Origin: Eledone cirrhosa
Taxonomy: Eukaryota
Reading direction: 5' to 3'
Assembly (NCBI GenBank): GCA_964016885.1
Contig: OZ024745.1
Coordinates: forward strand, 100,564,001-100,628,000
DNA: 64,000 nucleotides
Below, in pieces: positions 27,583 to 43,200 of this stretch (the first letter of the stretch is position 1; each line of letters starts with the position of its first letter). The position numbers and the translations under genes are program-made. The notes below the pieces were generated by a model, which was not told the origin of the DNA, made no database searches, and worked only from the letters and a program-made list of their open reading frames with translations.

Positions 27583-28590
27583 CGGTCATTATTGGAAGTC
27601 TCTGGATATTTCTCTGGATATTTTTTGGAGAAGGTAAGATATTTTTCCGCAAATTTTTGATTGCACTGTTTTCGTTCCACTTCTGTATTTTTTGAAAATG
27701 TTATTTATACATTATAAAAATGAAATGATAGCAATCTATATATAGGTGGGACCCCTTCATCTGGCAACCAATATTTTTAGAACTAGTCCGCCACTGTATA
27801 TATATATATATATAAATATATAACGCAAATCATTATCAGTTTGAATCTAACTGACATGCAAAAACATATATATATAGGAATAAGGTAAGCCGAAATCATA
27901 GTAGAAATCACAGAGAGAAAGAGAGGGGGGAGGGGAAATGGGGGGGGGGGCAGAAATGGAACATGGATTTCAGGTTAAAATGTAGTCTAGGTAGATGTGA
28001 AACAAAACGAGGATGTAGTTTATGGAACACCCAAATGATCTAAAAGTCGACCTTAAATAGGGGCAATAACATTAAGAAAGACATGAACGACACCACATCA
28101 TTTTGTTTTGAAATTTTGAAAGTAGGTTTATAAAAATGAATTTTCATCAGATTATCGTAGTTGTCTCTGTGGTCTAGCGGTAGGTACTAAAGACGGTGTA
28201 GATCTTGCACTTGGGTTCAATCCTGGTCAAGAGGGGCATGTAGCCTTTTTCAGTTTTTATTTTACCAATAGAAAAAACCCGAAAAGGTTTACCGGGAACC
28301 CTACTCCCGACCAGGATCGACTTCAGACCAGAATCACCACCGTCTACGATTCCTCCAACTAAGCCACCCAGACATCTACGAAAGTAAAATGAAAATTGAT
28401 AATTATAAACCTACTTTCAAAATCAGAGTTTAAAAGATGTGGTGTCGTTCATGGCTTTCCTAGAGCTATTAGTCATATTTAAGGTCGACTTGTCAATCTT
28501 CTGGTTCTTTGGTAACAACCTTATTATTCCTATGTGTGTTTAACTGTTGAGTTAATTTAATTTGATTATTTTAACAAACAAATAATATAT
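27583..28590. repeat. Composite dispersed repeat, copy 1 (CAGTGGCGGACT terminus and tRNA-like module)
   Basis: 27583-27797 matches 30953-31175; 27825-28491 matches 30288-30951; reversed pieces at 34711-34960. Confidence 0.8.
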
Positions 28591-28754
28591 ATATATATTG
28601 ACCAACTTCCTCTGGACTTGCGCCTGCGCAAACCGGTGGGGGTGAATTGGGGCTCAGAAGGGAACGGACGAAGGATTCAAGAACACCTGCTTTGTCCGTT
28701 CCCTTGTCGATTCTATTTGGATTACCTCGGGAACATAACCTTATTATGTAAGAA

Positions 28755-28813
28755 GCTGTCTGATGATGTCACGACACTGGGTACACCGTCGTCATTGAAA
28801 TATGTATCACAGC
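28755..28813 (+). ncRNA. Type I hammerhead ribozyme
   Basis: GCTGT-CTGATGA-TGTCACGAC...GTCGTCATT-GAAA-TATGTA-TC-ACAGC; perfect 5-bp stem I, AUC site. Confidence 0.82.
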
Positions 28814-29042
28814 ATTATCATTAAAGGACTTTAACATCTGAAACTACTTTGCATTTTCTTATTCTAAACATACTCCGTCACTACTATGTGGAAAAAGTAC
28901 GTTGAGTGCTCGAATCGAATTGCAACAATGTTTACCTTAAGTATATATATATAAGATAAGTTTATCCCGGCTTCAATCGGGGGTAACCACAGTAAGTAAG
29001 GTACTCAATACAAAGCAGAGTATAAATATTTAATATAGAAAA

Positions 29043-29093
29043 GGCTTCTTCAGGACTAGTACTGCTTCATTCGGGAGAAATCATCAGGAAGCC
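29043..29093 (-). ncRNA. Decayed hammerhead ribozyme in a pLTR-like segment
   Basis: Reverse complement GGCTTC-CTGATGA-TTTC(TCCC)GAAT-GAAG-CAG...CTG-AA-GAAGCC; stems intact, two core changes; CCAAT and TATA-like motifs upstream on the minus strand. Confidence 0.6.
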
Positions 29094-29523
29094 GACGATC
29101 CAAGTAATATGGTGGTGATTATATCTTTTCTGGTGGTAGAAGAGGGTGGTGATTAGGATGGGTGGAGGTCATTGGTTGATGGATTTAAAGAAAAGGGAAT
29201 TCTTTAAAAACTATATTTAGAGTAACAAAGGCAGAAATAATTTTACAGACAAGTTCAAACTGGAGGTGCCACTCCTGATTTTTAAGGTTCACTTAAGCTA
29301 ACAATGGCTATGGTCAGGTGTCTACAAACACATTCACACACGCACACATATAAGCCTTCACTCCCACACACTCACACAAACACACACATTCTTATACTTA
29401 TATATATATACATACACACACACACACATATATATATATACACATTTACATACATACACATTTACATACATACACATATACATATATATATATATATATA
29501 CACACAAACACATACATATAAAT

Positions 29524-29554
<31 letters not shown>

Positions 29555-29656
29555 CATATACATACGTACAGATATATATTTATATACATACATATACATG
29601 TATATATATATACATATATACATATATACATATATACATATATATATATTACAAAT

Positions 29657-29781
<125 letters not shown>

Positions 29782-30204
29782 CAATATGTTGAAAAGGTAA
29801 CACTATAGAGAGATACAGTGCGCTATCAATAAAACAGGGAAAAACCACCAGAGTATGGAATCTATAACCTATGAAAGGCTGACTATAGACACGATAATTA
29901 AAAATATAAATTAAAGCGTGAATAAATACCTCTATAACTATATAACACACGTACACATCCAAAGAGATCTGTTTCGCCAGTAAGTTGTTGACAGAAATGG
30001 AATAATCCCTCTAGGATGTTACCTTTTCAACATATTGTATTTTAAAGAGCTCAGCATTTCCTCTCCTTTGAGCACATTATTTACAGGGAATGGCGAGAGT
30101 CTTTGGCTCCGTTAATTTATCGTGATATATATATATTTATATATATATACACATTCATACACACACACACACACACACACATACACACATATATATACAT
30201 ATGC

Positions 30205-30274
<70 letters not shown>

Positions 30275-30287
30275 GTATATATATAAT

Positions 30288-31175
30288 GCCAATCATTGTG
30301 AGTTTGAATCTGACATGCAAAAACATATATATATGAATAAATTAAGCCCAAATCATAGTGGATTCAAATATCACAGAGAGAGGGGGGGGGGGGGGGGAAT
30401 AAGGTGGAACAGAAATTAAACATGGATTACAGGTTAAAATATAGTGTAGCTAGATGTGAAACAAAACGAGGCTGGAGTTTATGGAACACCCAAATGATTT
30501 AGAAGTCGACCTTAAGTAGGAGAGATAACATTAAGAAAGATATGAACGACTCCACGACACTTTGTTTTGAAATTTTGAAAGTATGTTTATAAGTATGAAT
30601 TTTCATAAGATCATCGTAGTTATCTCTGTGGCCTAGCGGTAGGTACTAGAGAGGGTTGAGATCCTGTCCTTGGGTTCAATCCTGGTCAAGTGGTACATTT
30701 ATACTTTTTCAGTTTTTATTTTACCAATAGAAAAAAACCGAAAAGGTTTACCGGGAACCCTACTCCCGACCAGGATCGAACTTCAGACCAGGATCACCAC
30801 CGCCTACGATTCCTCCAACTAAGCCTCCGAGACAACTACAGAAGTAAAATGAAAATTGATAATTATAAACCTACTTTCAAAATCAAAGTTAAAAAGATGT
30901 GGTGTCGTTCATGGCTTTCTTAGAGCTATTAGTAATATTTAGGGTCGACTTCTGGTCATTATTGAAAGTCTCTGGATTTCGCAAAATACATAAAAAAATT
31001 TTATTGGAGAAGGTAAGATATTCTCCCACAAAATTTTGATTGCACTGTTTTCTTTCCACTTATATATTTTTTGAAAATGTTATTTATTCATTATAAAAAT
31101 TAAATGATAGCATTCTCTATGTAGGTGCGCCCCCTTCATCTGGCAACCAATATTTTTAGAACTAGTCCGCCACTG
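30288..31175. repeat. Composite dispersed repeat, copy 2 (module order permuted relative to copy 1)
   Basis: Direct similarity to 27825-28491 followed by 27583-27797; ends in CTAGTCCGCCACTG-TA. Confidence 0.8.
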
Positions 31176-32156
31176 TATTATATATATAATTTTGAATATA
31201 TATAATATATTTTTAAACATATGGATTATGATTATTGTTAGTTCAATGTAAATTTCTTTATTATTTTCCTGAAATCTTCCTCGTCGGGTTTATGTTGACT
31301 ATTCAGTATTATAGTAGATATTGAGTGTGTTATTTTTTTAAATCATACTGTTAGCTGTATATATTCCGAATTGAAATCATGCATAGTTATGTTCACAGAT
31401 TAGTTTTAGATTTGATTGATAAAAGTTTGTTGGATACATGTAAATTGGTATAAAGAGTTAAACTATTATGATGTTATACCTAAAAAATACAGAGTTGGTT
31501 ATAATTGTTATCACGTTTTGTATCAGAACGAGATGAAAGAAATTGCATTTTATTTGTAAAAGCCAATCATTTATTGCAATTTAGATAGTTATTGTGATAA
31601 TGCCAATGGCAATCTGGGATTATAGTAGTAAATATTTGATTCTGCAGTTTGTTCAGGTTATAAAATATCGAATATTGTAATATGGAGTTAAATACGTGAC
31701 AGAGATAGAGAGATAAAAGGAAGAGGTTGTAAAAGGTTTCTTATGCTTCCACATATTAATATACACAAGCAATCGTGAAAACTAAAATGTAACAAAAGAA
31801 CCCCGACACAATGAGTAAGTCACTACGCCACGATCCAAACGAGGGATATACTAAGCAGTTGCTCGACCTTCTAGAAAAAAAGAGTAAAATCTTCTGCAAA
31901 TGACAGAATACAATCTAAAAGACGAAAGGACACGTTGGAAAATGTATTAGATGTAGTATGGATGCATAAACAGGAATATCGTGGCTTCAGTGTAGTTGTT
32001 CATTTGATTCTTCATGTTAAACAGGAGCAACAACAATGCACGTAAAGTTATACAAATATAGCTTGAAATATTATATTGAAGAAAATTTGAATATGAAATA
32101 TACTCTTATACATTATACGAATAAAAGCACATACACACCTATACACACACACATAT

Positions 32157-32213
<57 letters not shown>

Positions 32214-32577
32214 TAAAATAACAGATTAAAGTTTAAGCAAAGAATCGCTGCTTTCAGCAGTTAAGGGTGAAAGCAGCGATTCTTTGCTTAAACTTTAATC
32301 TGTTATTTTAATAAATATTTGCTCTTCGGTTCTTATATATTTGATATATATTTTCCTTATCGAGCCCTCTTTGGATTTTAGTCTTCAATTTTATTATTAT
32401 TACTATATATATATATATGTATTATATATATACATACATATATATTTGTTTAAGATTTTACATTAAATATTTTTTTCATCTTGATGGTATAGTCACTTAT
32501 GTACCTGAATTATTAATTGCTGGCCTTGTGCCAAACATAGAAACAATTATTTTTATTTTCATTTATATATTTATATA

Positions 32578-32647
<70 letters not shown>

Positions 32648-32881
32648 CAAAAGTTAAACAAGTTTCATTGATTAATCAATGAATATAGTTTCTCCATTAT
32701 ATTTAGTTTGTGATGTTAGTACTTATGGTATATAAATATTGAGTTTTGTTGTAATTAATCATTGCCAAGACCGGAATTGAACCATCAGCACAGTTGAGGT
32801 ATGTCATACATCAATTTATGTATTGTATCTGATGAGGACGTACTGAAAAAAACAGCACAATACCTCTGAAATATATATAAT

Positions 32882-33060
32882 TGTTTCTACTTTTGGCACA
32901 AGGCCAGCAATTAACCCAGTGTATTACTGGTACTTTATTTTATCGACCCCGAAAGGATGAAAGGCAAAGTTAACCTCGGCGGGATTTGAACTCAGAATGG
33001 CAAGGACCGTAACTCTATGCGTCAAAGCATGGCGTCCGACCCTCTACTGGTACTGCCAAT
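32882..33060 (-). mobile_element. tRNA-derived SINE (same family as 2115)
   Basis: Reverse-complement consensus; 19-bp TSD CCTCTGAAATATATATAAT. Confidence 0.9.
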
Positions 33061-33138
33061 CCTCTGAAATATATATAATAAAATATATTTTGATTACGTG
33101 AATGTCTACATTTATTAATATTTTAATCTGTTATTTTA

Positions 33139-34355
<1,217 letters not shown>

Positions 34356-34359
34356 TCTT

Positions 34360-34407
<48 letters not shown>

Positions 34408-34409
34408 CA

Positions 34410-34443
<34 letters not shown>

Positions 34444-34444
34444 C

Positions 34445-34690
<246 letters not shown>

Positions 34691-35239
34691 TATATATATA
34701 CATACATTTACAGTGGCGGACTGGGTCTAGAAATATTGGATGAAGTGGGCCCACCTACATATAGAATGCTATAATTTAATTTATATAATGAATAAATAAC
34801 ATTTTAAAAAAATACACACACACACTATATATATTATTTGTTTGTTAAAATAATCAAATTAAATTAATTCAACAGTTAAATACATGGGAATAATAAGGTT
34901 GTTACCAAAGAGCCAGAAGATTGACAAGTCGACCCTAAATATGACTAATAGCTCTAGGAAGGCCACCTCTCTCTATTAACAAGAACTCATTCTCCAGCCC
35001 AATTTTGTGCAAGAAAGATGGGAAAAAAAAATTACTCCAACACTTATTTTTAATTTTAAATCTTTAATTTTTAGTTTTTAACTCCTATCAATTTTTTTTT
35101 TATTTTTTATTTCGATACTCAACATTTGATAAGATGAATATTAATAATACATCGAATACTTTATATACTTCATATACATTATAAAACTTTTTGAAAAGAA
35201 TTGTCCCTCTTATTTTTTCAATAATGTCATTTTTTCAAT

Positions 35240-35358
35240 AATTGTTTCTACTTTTGGCACAAGGCCAGCAATTACTCAGTGCATTACTGGTACTTTATTT
35301 TATCGACCCCGTAAGGATGAAAGGCAAAGTTAAGCTCGGCGGGATTTGAACTCAGAAT
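35240..35358 (-). mobile_element. 5'-truncated tRNA-derived SINE
   Basis: Central domain and tail of the SINE consensus. Confidence 0.8.
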
Positions 35359-35474
35359 GTCATCTTTTCAATAATGTCACTTTGACGAATCAAAGAAAGG
35401 ATAAAAAGAAAAGAAAAACAAACCCTAAAATATATTTTCCATGCTATTTCCAACTTCACCTTTTCTCTATATCC

Positions 35475-35534
<60 letters not shown>

Positions 35535-35540
<6 letters not shown>

Positions 35541-36409
35541 CAATACAATATAATTAACTCATTACCAGAGGTTTCCCAAATGAGGCGAATACGAAAGAAA
35601 CGTCTTCATTCGTTCGTCAGACGAGGCAATATAAAACATGGCTTAATACTTGGAAAGTCTCATCAAGAAAAACAAAAGAAATTATATATAAATATAAACA
35701 AAGGAATTACAATAGCCATATGAAATATATAAAAATCTTTCAAGAAATATAGTTAGGTGTGTGTATATGTATGTATATACGCTCACAGATGTGCATACGT
35801 GTGTATGTACAAATGTGTACGTATAGTGAAAAAGTGTGCGTAAATATATGTGTTAGGGCTAGTGTATCTGTGTATCTGTAAATTACAGACAGACATGATG
35901 TGATTCTCTGTCTGGCAGGTACACATAAAAACAGGGTATTAGATACATTATAAGAATATGAAGGCACGCGTATAAACACACCCATACGCACGTACACTTA
36001 TATGCAGAAGTAAAAGAGGTAAGGGAGTGTAATAATTAAAAGAAAGTATCATTCTCGATATATTTATAAAAATGGAACAATAATTTAGAAAGAAAAAAAA
36101 TTTAGAAAGAAAAAAAAGAAAAAATTAAAGAAAAGAAGACAAACAAGGTACACGTGTACACACACACATATATCCACAAGAAACGTATATCTATAAGAAT
36201 ATATATATATACACGCAAAAACGTGCAGACAAAAGCGTATGTTAGCACACATACGCACACAGAATGCACATATATACGCATATTCGCCTCGCCCCATGTA
36301 TATCTAAACACGCGCACGCACGCGACTGTATACACACTCGCACACACACACACACAAAAATATACATGCTTATATACATACGCAGACTTACACATCCATA
36401 CAATCGGTA

Positions 36410-36449
<40 letters not shown>

Positions 36450-37890
36450 TACACTCACGCATATTGACTTGTATACATGCACACACATAAAAATGAGGAT
36501 GTAAAAAAAGAAGAAAAAACAAAACAAAAAACATACACATAGATACAGGGTGTAAAAAGCCTTGTGGATAAGTAAGTACAAATATAAAATTATAAGATTG
36601 GCTGCGAAATAACAAAAAATATCTGGAGTGGAAAACGCAAGTGACTTGTGTAATCAGTTAGTGAAGAAAATAGTAGAAAGTGAAGATATTAGGTAAGTGA
36701 ATCGGAGAATAAGGGGGGGGTTATGGGTGGATGTGAAGTAAAAATAAAAAAATATAAAAATAAAAATAAAAATAAAAATAAAAATAAGAATAAAAATGAA
36801 ATTAATAATAAGGATAAAAATGAAAGTAAATCAGAAAGGGTAGTCATAAAGAGAATAATGAGAGTTTATGGAGGATAAGTATCTGAAAGTGTGTTAAGTT
36901 TATATGAGCTGGAAAGCAGGTGTGATTTCATGTGTGGGCAACTGGTGAAAATTTCTGTCTTTGTGTTCAGGCAGGTCTTTGGTGATTTAAGATTTTGTAA
37001 GATCCAATATTTTTCATTTATGCAGAGCGTGCATTTTCTTGTTCCTCTTGCATATTCTTTAGATTGGTTCAAAATTGACCAATCTAATTTATATTGGATA
37101 CCTTGGTCTTTCAAATCTCATATTCTGCTAGCCAGAGCTGTTGTAAATCTTTTTTCTGGATGTCGAAATGATGCGACATGTGAGTAATAACGCTTTTTGA
37201 ATTTGTCTTGCGTCATACCCACATATCGTTCACTGGTGGCTGGATGGTTGTTGCTGATGGTTGTCACTTTAGCAGCATATAGAATGGCTTTGGTGTTGCA
37301 TTTACCTTGTAATGGGCATTCACTTTTGATTCTACAGGAGCAATTTTGATGTTCTCTAGGTGATCTTTTTGTTGATGATATAGGATTTAAGCAGGAGTAG
37401 CTAATTTTGACACAGTTTCTATTAAAGATCTTATAGTATCTATGCGTTCTAGGGAAATGTTTATCTAGGAGTTCTAGGAATTTTTTGCCTACGTTAGTTT
37501 TAACTGCTAGAGAGTAGGGGGGTGTGAACCAGAATATTTTTCTTTTTCTGTTTTTATGTTTAATAGAGTTAGTATAGTTGGGTATGTATTTAATCGGTTC
37601 GCTAAAACCGCTATTTTGGAGGGCTTTATTATAGTAGGGGGATGCCTTATTAAAAATAGCTTCTGAGGAAGAGAGGGTGGAGATCCTACGGCTAATATTA
37701 GGGATAAGGTTTTTAAAAACTATAGGAGGATGACAAGAGCCTTTATTTATATATTTTAAGTTTTCATTAGGTTTATGGTATGGTTTATAAGAAGCAGTAG
37801 GCAAACCTAGGTTTATATCTAGGAAATCTACATTGGAAAGGTTAGTGTCAATAGTAATTTTAAGATTAAAACTAGCGAAGGTTTTTATTA
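35535..37890 (-). mobile_element. Penelope-like element remnant (RT thumb, GIY-YIG, pLTR)
   Basis: VDFLDINL, PYHKPN...YINKGSCHPP, WFTPPYS..VKTNVGK.FL, CPLQGKC...ILY...YVGMT...KKRYYSH, C.LC..EK...LNTKTE...CPH in ORFs 37118-37804 and 36866-37114; (TA)n on both sides. Confidence 0.92.
35558..35625 (-). ncRNA. Type I hammerhead ribozyme in the 3' pLTR of the Penelope element
   Basis: Reverse complement CTCGT-CTGACGA-(extended stem II)-GAAA-CCTCTGG-TA-ATGAG; same strand as the element and downstream of its ORF. Confidence 0.78.
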
Positions 37891-38687
37891 ATATATATAT
37901 ATATATATATACAGTATATATATATATTTATATATATAGTATATATAAATATATATATTTATATATGAGTATGTGTGTGACAAGGTCACCCGACCTGGCA
38001 CTTCCAACAGCAGGACAACCCGTCTAACCCATGCTAGCATGGAAGAATGGACGTAAAACGGTGATGATCTATGTATACGTATGTATGTATCTATCTATCT
38101 ATTATCTCTTTATCTGCCTGACGCGTGGAACATTGCCGGTAAGCTTTTTGTTAATTTCTATGAAAAAAACCGAACTAATTGTTTGAAAAGACATAACATT
38201 TTGTAGATTAACCCCCAAGCTGAATTGTCAGCAGGGTGGTAATCCCATTTTTCGCCCCTTTAGGGTCGAAAATTTAATTTAAAAATTGTTTTAAAATATC
38301 AAATTTTGCCAACTATAAAACATGAATAGCTCGGAAAGAACGCTAGAGAACATCGACAGAGGGAAGAGAGGTAGAGAGGCAGATATTAACGTTATATCTG
38401 CTTCTGCTACTATGGATGTCGCCATAGATACGACTGTCAACAAAGAGAAAAAATATTACCTCTTGAAGATTTTTAAATTTCTACCGTCGAAGCGAAAAAA
38501 AATAACAATAACACACAGGAAAACACAGGAATTAAACCTATTAACATACATACACATGAAAAAGACAACATCAACAACTCCATAGATACATATACACATA
38601 AAGTTTCACCTCGTCAAGAAATTAAGATTTCCAACACCGAGGCTAACAACGATAACAACAACAACAGCAACATCACACACAAACAAA

Positions 38688-40183
38688 ATGTCTTTCGCTG
38701 AAACAGTGAGCAAAAAACAAGATTTTATAAATCTTGACATCTCCAATGCAAGAGATATGCCCCAGCAAGGGAGAAAATTTGTAACTTTCGAAGACAAGGG
38801 TCGGTTTAGAATTAACTCACCCCTCGAAACAAAAGAAGAGACAGTTTGGAGGACAGTGAAACTTTGGGACTGTCTCCAACACAACGAGAAAGCCGATATT
38901 TGTTAGTCAAGCAGATATAGAAGCCACATTCAAGGAGACTCTAGCAAATATTGACTTTCTCCAACGAGGAAAACAGTACGGAAGTGTTTCCGTACTGTTT
39001 AAAAGCGAGGCACTCGCCCAAAAACATTCTGTGACACCAATGGTGTCAAAAGCATTTACCTTTTTCCCTACGTACGTGGGAAAAAGGATACAAAAATAAA
39101 AATAAATAATATACCACCAAACATTAACATCTGGTGGATCTTGGCTGGCTTCGTAGAGCCAGAGACTGATATGATTGTTTCGATACGAAAGTCTATTAGA
39201 CAAAGGTTGGCGGGTACTGATTTGGATATTCTGATTCAAATGAGGCCGGAGATAATCTCCAAAATACCCGAAAAACTCGTCATCGACGACAACAGCAAAG
39301 TAAACATTGCGGTGGAGGGTCGACACCTAAAGGCCTCCCATCCTTCACAAACACACCACAACATCATTAAAAATACACTATTACCAACACCAACACCAAA
39401 ACAACCACCACCACAAGTACAACAACAGACGAAACGAGTAAACACACCAAAACAAACAGCCACTCAAACAACAACAACAGAAAAAACAGAGACAACACCC
39501 CTGAAGAACACGGCCCCACCCCATCCCACTCCATCAAACACTACCACAAACACGCACACCGAAACACCAGCACCACACAACATACCCCTACCCCACACTC
39601 CTGACGATGATTATTCATCGACAGATGAGGGTGCTTATCCTTCTTTAAGTGAAGAAGAAGGAGAGCCTCGGAAATCTAAAAAACAAAAAAAAGAGACACC
39701 ACAAAACCCCCAAAACTCCAATCACCAACACCAACACACAACCACAGACACAAACAACACCACAGTCAAACATCCCCCTACCAGCAAAACCAACACCAAC
39801 ACCACCCAAACACAAGCACCCACCATAAAAAGAAAACTCCCGGACGAACAGCAAACTAAAATTCACAACAAAAACACAAACAACAATACGCATAGATCAA
39901 CAGAAACAACAAGAGTTTGATGGTGGTCATCTCCTAAAACCTCAAGGTGGAGACGGAGGGCAAAACTTTCGTCAAAGCAGAATCGTCTCCACACCTTAAA
40001 CTTATAAGGGTCTCTATCGAGACCTATAGTGACCACAAAAATAAATTTTCGCAAGACGTGGGAAACCCCTGCCAGAAACCCATCAACCGCGCCCTGTTAA
40101 AATGTTTCCCCACCCCACCCAACACCCCATCCAGTACCCAAATGGAGATTGAACAACCCGATCTCCAGGAAACGAAAAGGTAA
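38688..40183 (+). pseudogene. LINE ORF1 remnant (nucleic-acid binding, with T/P-rich low-complexity part)
   Basis: MSFAETV start typical of Tx1 ORF1; pieces 38688-38906, 39141-39920 and 39947-40183 separated by stops/frameshifts. Confidence 0.65.
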
Positions 40184-40224
40184 GTGCACCTTTCGCCCTT
40201 TTTCTCTAACTCTTCTTCACCAAC

Positions 40225-43200
40225 ATGGCTAGTTTACGAGTTGGAAGCGTGAATGTGCGTGGCCTAGGGATGCCCTGGAAACAGGGCCAACATTTAAATG
40301 ACCTTAGGTCACACGGTATGGATGTGATAGCCATCACCGTGTCCAGGATCCAGAACAGGCAGCAACTAACCCCCATCTTCGACGACTTTGAGATCTACGC
40401 ATCTCTCTGTCAGCCAGGAGGTGGAGGTGGACTGGTTGTCATGTTTCGGAAGAACCTGGACGTCGAAGTACAGCAAGTACACTTGGACCCGGAGGGTAGA
40501 CTGGTAGTCCTAGACGTGAACAGTATTGGAGGTGGAGCCTTCAGACTGGTGGCCGTTTATACCCCGACCAGGCAATCGCAATCACGGCCAGATTTCTTTA
40601 AGCATCTAGAGTCTTTTCTGGGAACATCTCGCTCCTTACTTTTAGTGGGAGACTGGAATGGTATCCTAGATGCACGATGGAACTATGTGGGAGCATGTCC
40701 CAGTAGAGAGGGGTGCAACAGCCTCAAAACTTTAATCGGCCAATTCCAACTGGCCGATAGGTATCGACTGGATTTCCCGACTGCACCACAGTGGACGTGG
40801 GCAAACCGCAGCGGGACATCTAGATCGTATTTAGATAGGTTCTTCATTAGAGAAAGGGACAAGGAGATGTTAAGCTGTCCACGAATGCACATGGTTGCCT
40901 ACTCAGATCACAAATTAGTCGTCTGCTTAGTCAACCGTCATAGAATACATAGACAGGGACGCGGATACTGGAAGCTGAACGTGTCGTTGCCGGCACGTAA
41001 AGCTTACAGTGAATGGATAAGTAGACTAGTCAAGCAACAGTTAACGGGAGTCATCGTCAACAATATATGGTGGTACTCTCTCAAGAAAGCAATTAGAGTA
41101 AAATCGATAGAGTTTAGCAGAGAGTTAGCCTTAGAGAAAAACAAAATAGAAAGAGAACTAGTAGCCAAGGTAGAGGAGGCACTTAAAAGTGGCAACACGG
41201 CTAGAGTGTTAGCGTCGAGAACGGTACTAGACCAATTCTTCGACGCGAAACGCGAAGGCTGCGTGGTCAGAACCAAAACATGTGCTCTAGGAAACGAAGG
41301 AGCGAAAGCTGTCAGCTGGGCCCGACTGGCGGAGGCAGTAAGTGGCAACAAGTCCACGATTCGGTCTTTGAAAGACCAAAACGGACGCCTGCTACTTGAC
41401 CTCAAGAAAATGTGCGCGGCCTTTCAGCGGCACTTTGTGCGACTGTTTGAACAGAACGACGGTGAGCCGAACGGGGTAATGGACTTTAGTTCATACCTCG
41501 ACCGCCTGCCGCGTCTCTCGAACACGGACGCCGAGTTCTGCGAAAGACCGATCACGGACACTGAGATACGGGACGCTCTGGGCCGCTTCGGGAAACGCAA
41601 GTCACCAGGTCGAGATGGTCTAGCCTATGAGTTTTACATAGGCATGCCGGACTTGTTCTCTGGCGTCCTCGAGGCCGTCTACTGCAATTGGCAGCAGAAC
41701 GGGAGAATTTCCAGTTCTGCAGGCAAGGGCGTAGTAACGCTGATCAGGAAAGACGAGAACAAGGGGGACGAAATTAACATCAGACCCATAACTCTGCTCA
41801 ACACAGGGTTAAAGATTTTGGCCAAGGTGCTAGCGACGATGTTGCCGCTTGTCGTCGAGAACCTGGTAGGGAAAGCGCAAACGTGTGCAATCCCGACCAG
41901 GTTCATACACGACAACCTCCACCTCATGCGATACATCATAGAGAGGGTGGGTAGTAAACCCGGCTTCGGTGGGGCTCTGATCAATTTGGATCAGTCTAAG
42001 GCATTCGATAGGGTCGACCATCGATACTTGGAAGCGGCTGTCAAGGCGGCCGGTTTCGGTCCCGTTTTCAGAGGCTGGATCGAGGCGATGCACTCCAGCA
42101 TCTGCTCGAGGGTCAAGGTGAACGGCTACCTATTGGAGCCGTTCGCAATCATGCCTTCCATTCGACAGGGGTGCCCTCTCTCCTCCATTCTGTATGTATT
42201 GACTCTAGAGCCACTGCTGCGGAAATTGGAGTGTTGCAGGGCATCCCTCTAGAACCGGGACTGCGCAAAGCGGCGTCGGCTTATGCCGACGACGTGACGG
42301 TAATGGTGTCGAGCACGTCGGAAATCGGGGTGATCGGCAACTTACTGAAAGAATATGAAACGCTGACGGGAGCAAAACCCGGACAAGTCTGTCGGTTTGC
42401 AACTCAGTACGTGGAGAGGCAAACCGATGACGTCCGACAGCGTTGTTGGACGCTGGACGGACGGACGGGTGAAATTGCTCGGGGTCTGGTTCGTCCCAGA
42501 CGTCCAGGTGAAGAAAAACTGGAACGAGGTCACGGCCAAGGTGTTTGTGCTCACCCAGAAGTGGGCAGAGTACAAACTGTCCTTGAAAGGTCGAGCGGAG
42601 GTGGCGAACACTTTCATAGCGTCCGTCATCTACTACCGCTTGACTGTCGTGCTTTGTCCCCGTGAACACCTCGCCAAGATGGAACGCATGCTCTTCCAGT
42701 TTCTGTGGAAGAAGCAGGCTCCGCTGGTGAGGAGATCCGTCTGCTGTCAGCACCCTTCCAACGGAGGGCTGGGAATGCCGTGGCTGATGATGCGCAAACA
42801 TGCGCTGAGGCTGCGGCATCTCCAGGTATTCCTCACCGACCCCCAACCGGTGTGGGCACCGTTTGTGAGACAGACTTTCCCACAGCTCGTCTCGCTGACG
42901 GAGCTGCAGCCCTGGGTCAAGAAAAGACCGAAAACGATGGGCGCCTGGCACATTGAATGCGCTCAGGCGCTCACAGTCCTATGGCAAGCGGGCGCAGCAA
43001 TCAGTAGAGACTCCACTTCGACACTCTATAGAGGGATTTACGTTACAAGGGCGACGACGTGCTCGCATAGACTCTGGGCGTCGAAGACGATGAGCTCACC
43101 AGTCTATTTGGTAGGACTTTCCGCCCGGGACCTATGGACAACTTCCAGAGGTCCCTGGCCTGGCAGTGCTACCGAGGAGCTCTACCGGTTCGTGACAAGA

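Noticed and set aside
28163-28236. Possible tRNA gene (also ~30623-30690 and the SINE heads)
   Set aside because: A/B boxes present but no consistent cloverleaf or anticodon arm; copies diverge like a repeat
38088-38330. TATC repeats as the 5' target site of the long LINE
   Set aside because: The intervening ~230 bp looks like a different non-autonomous repeat, so the LINE 5' junction cannot be fixed
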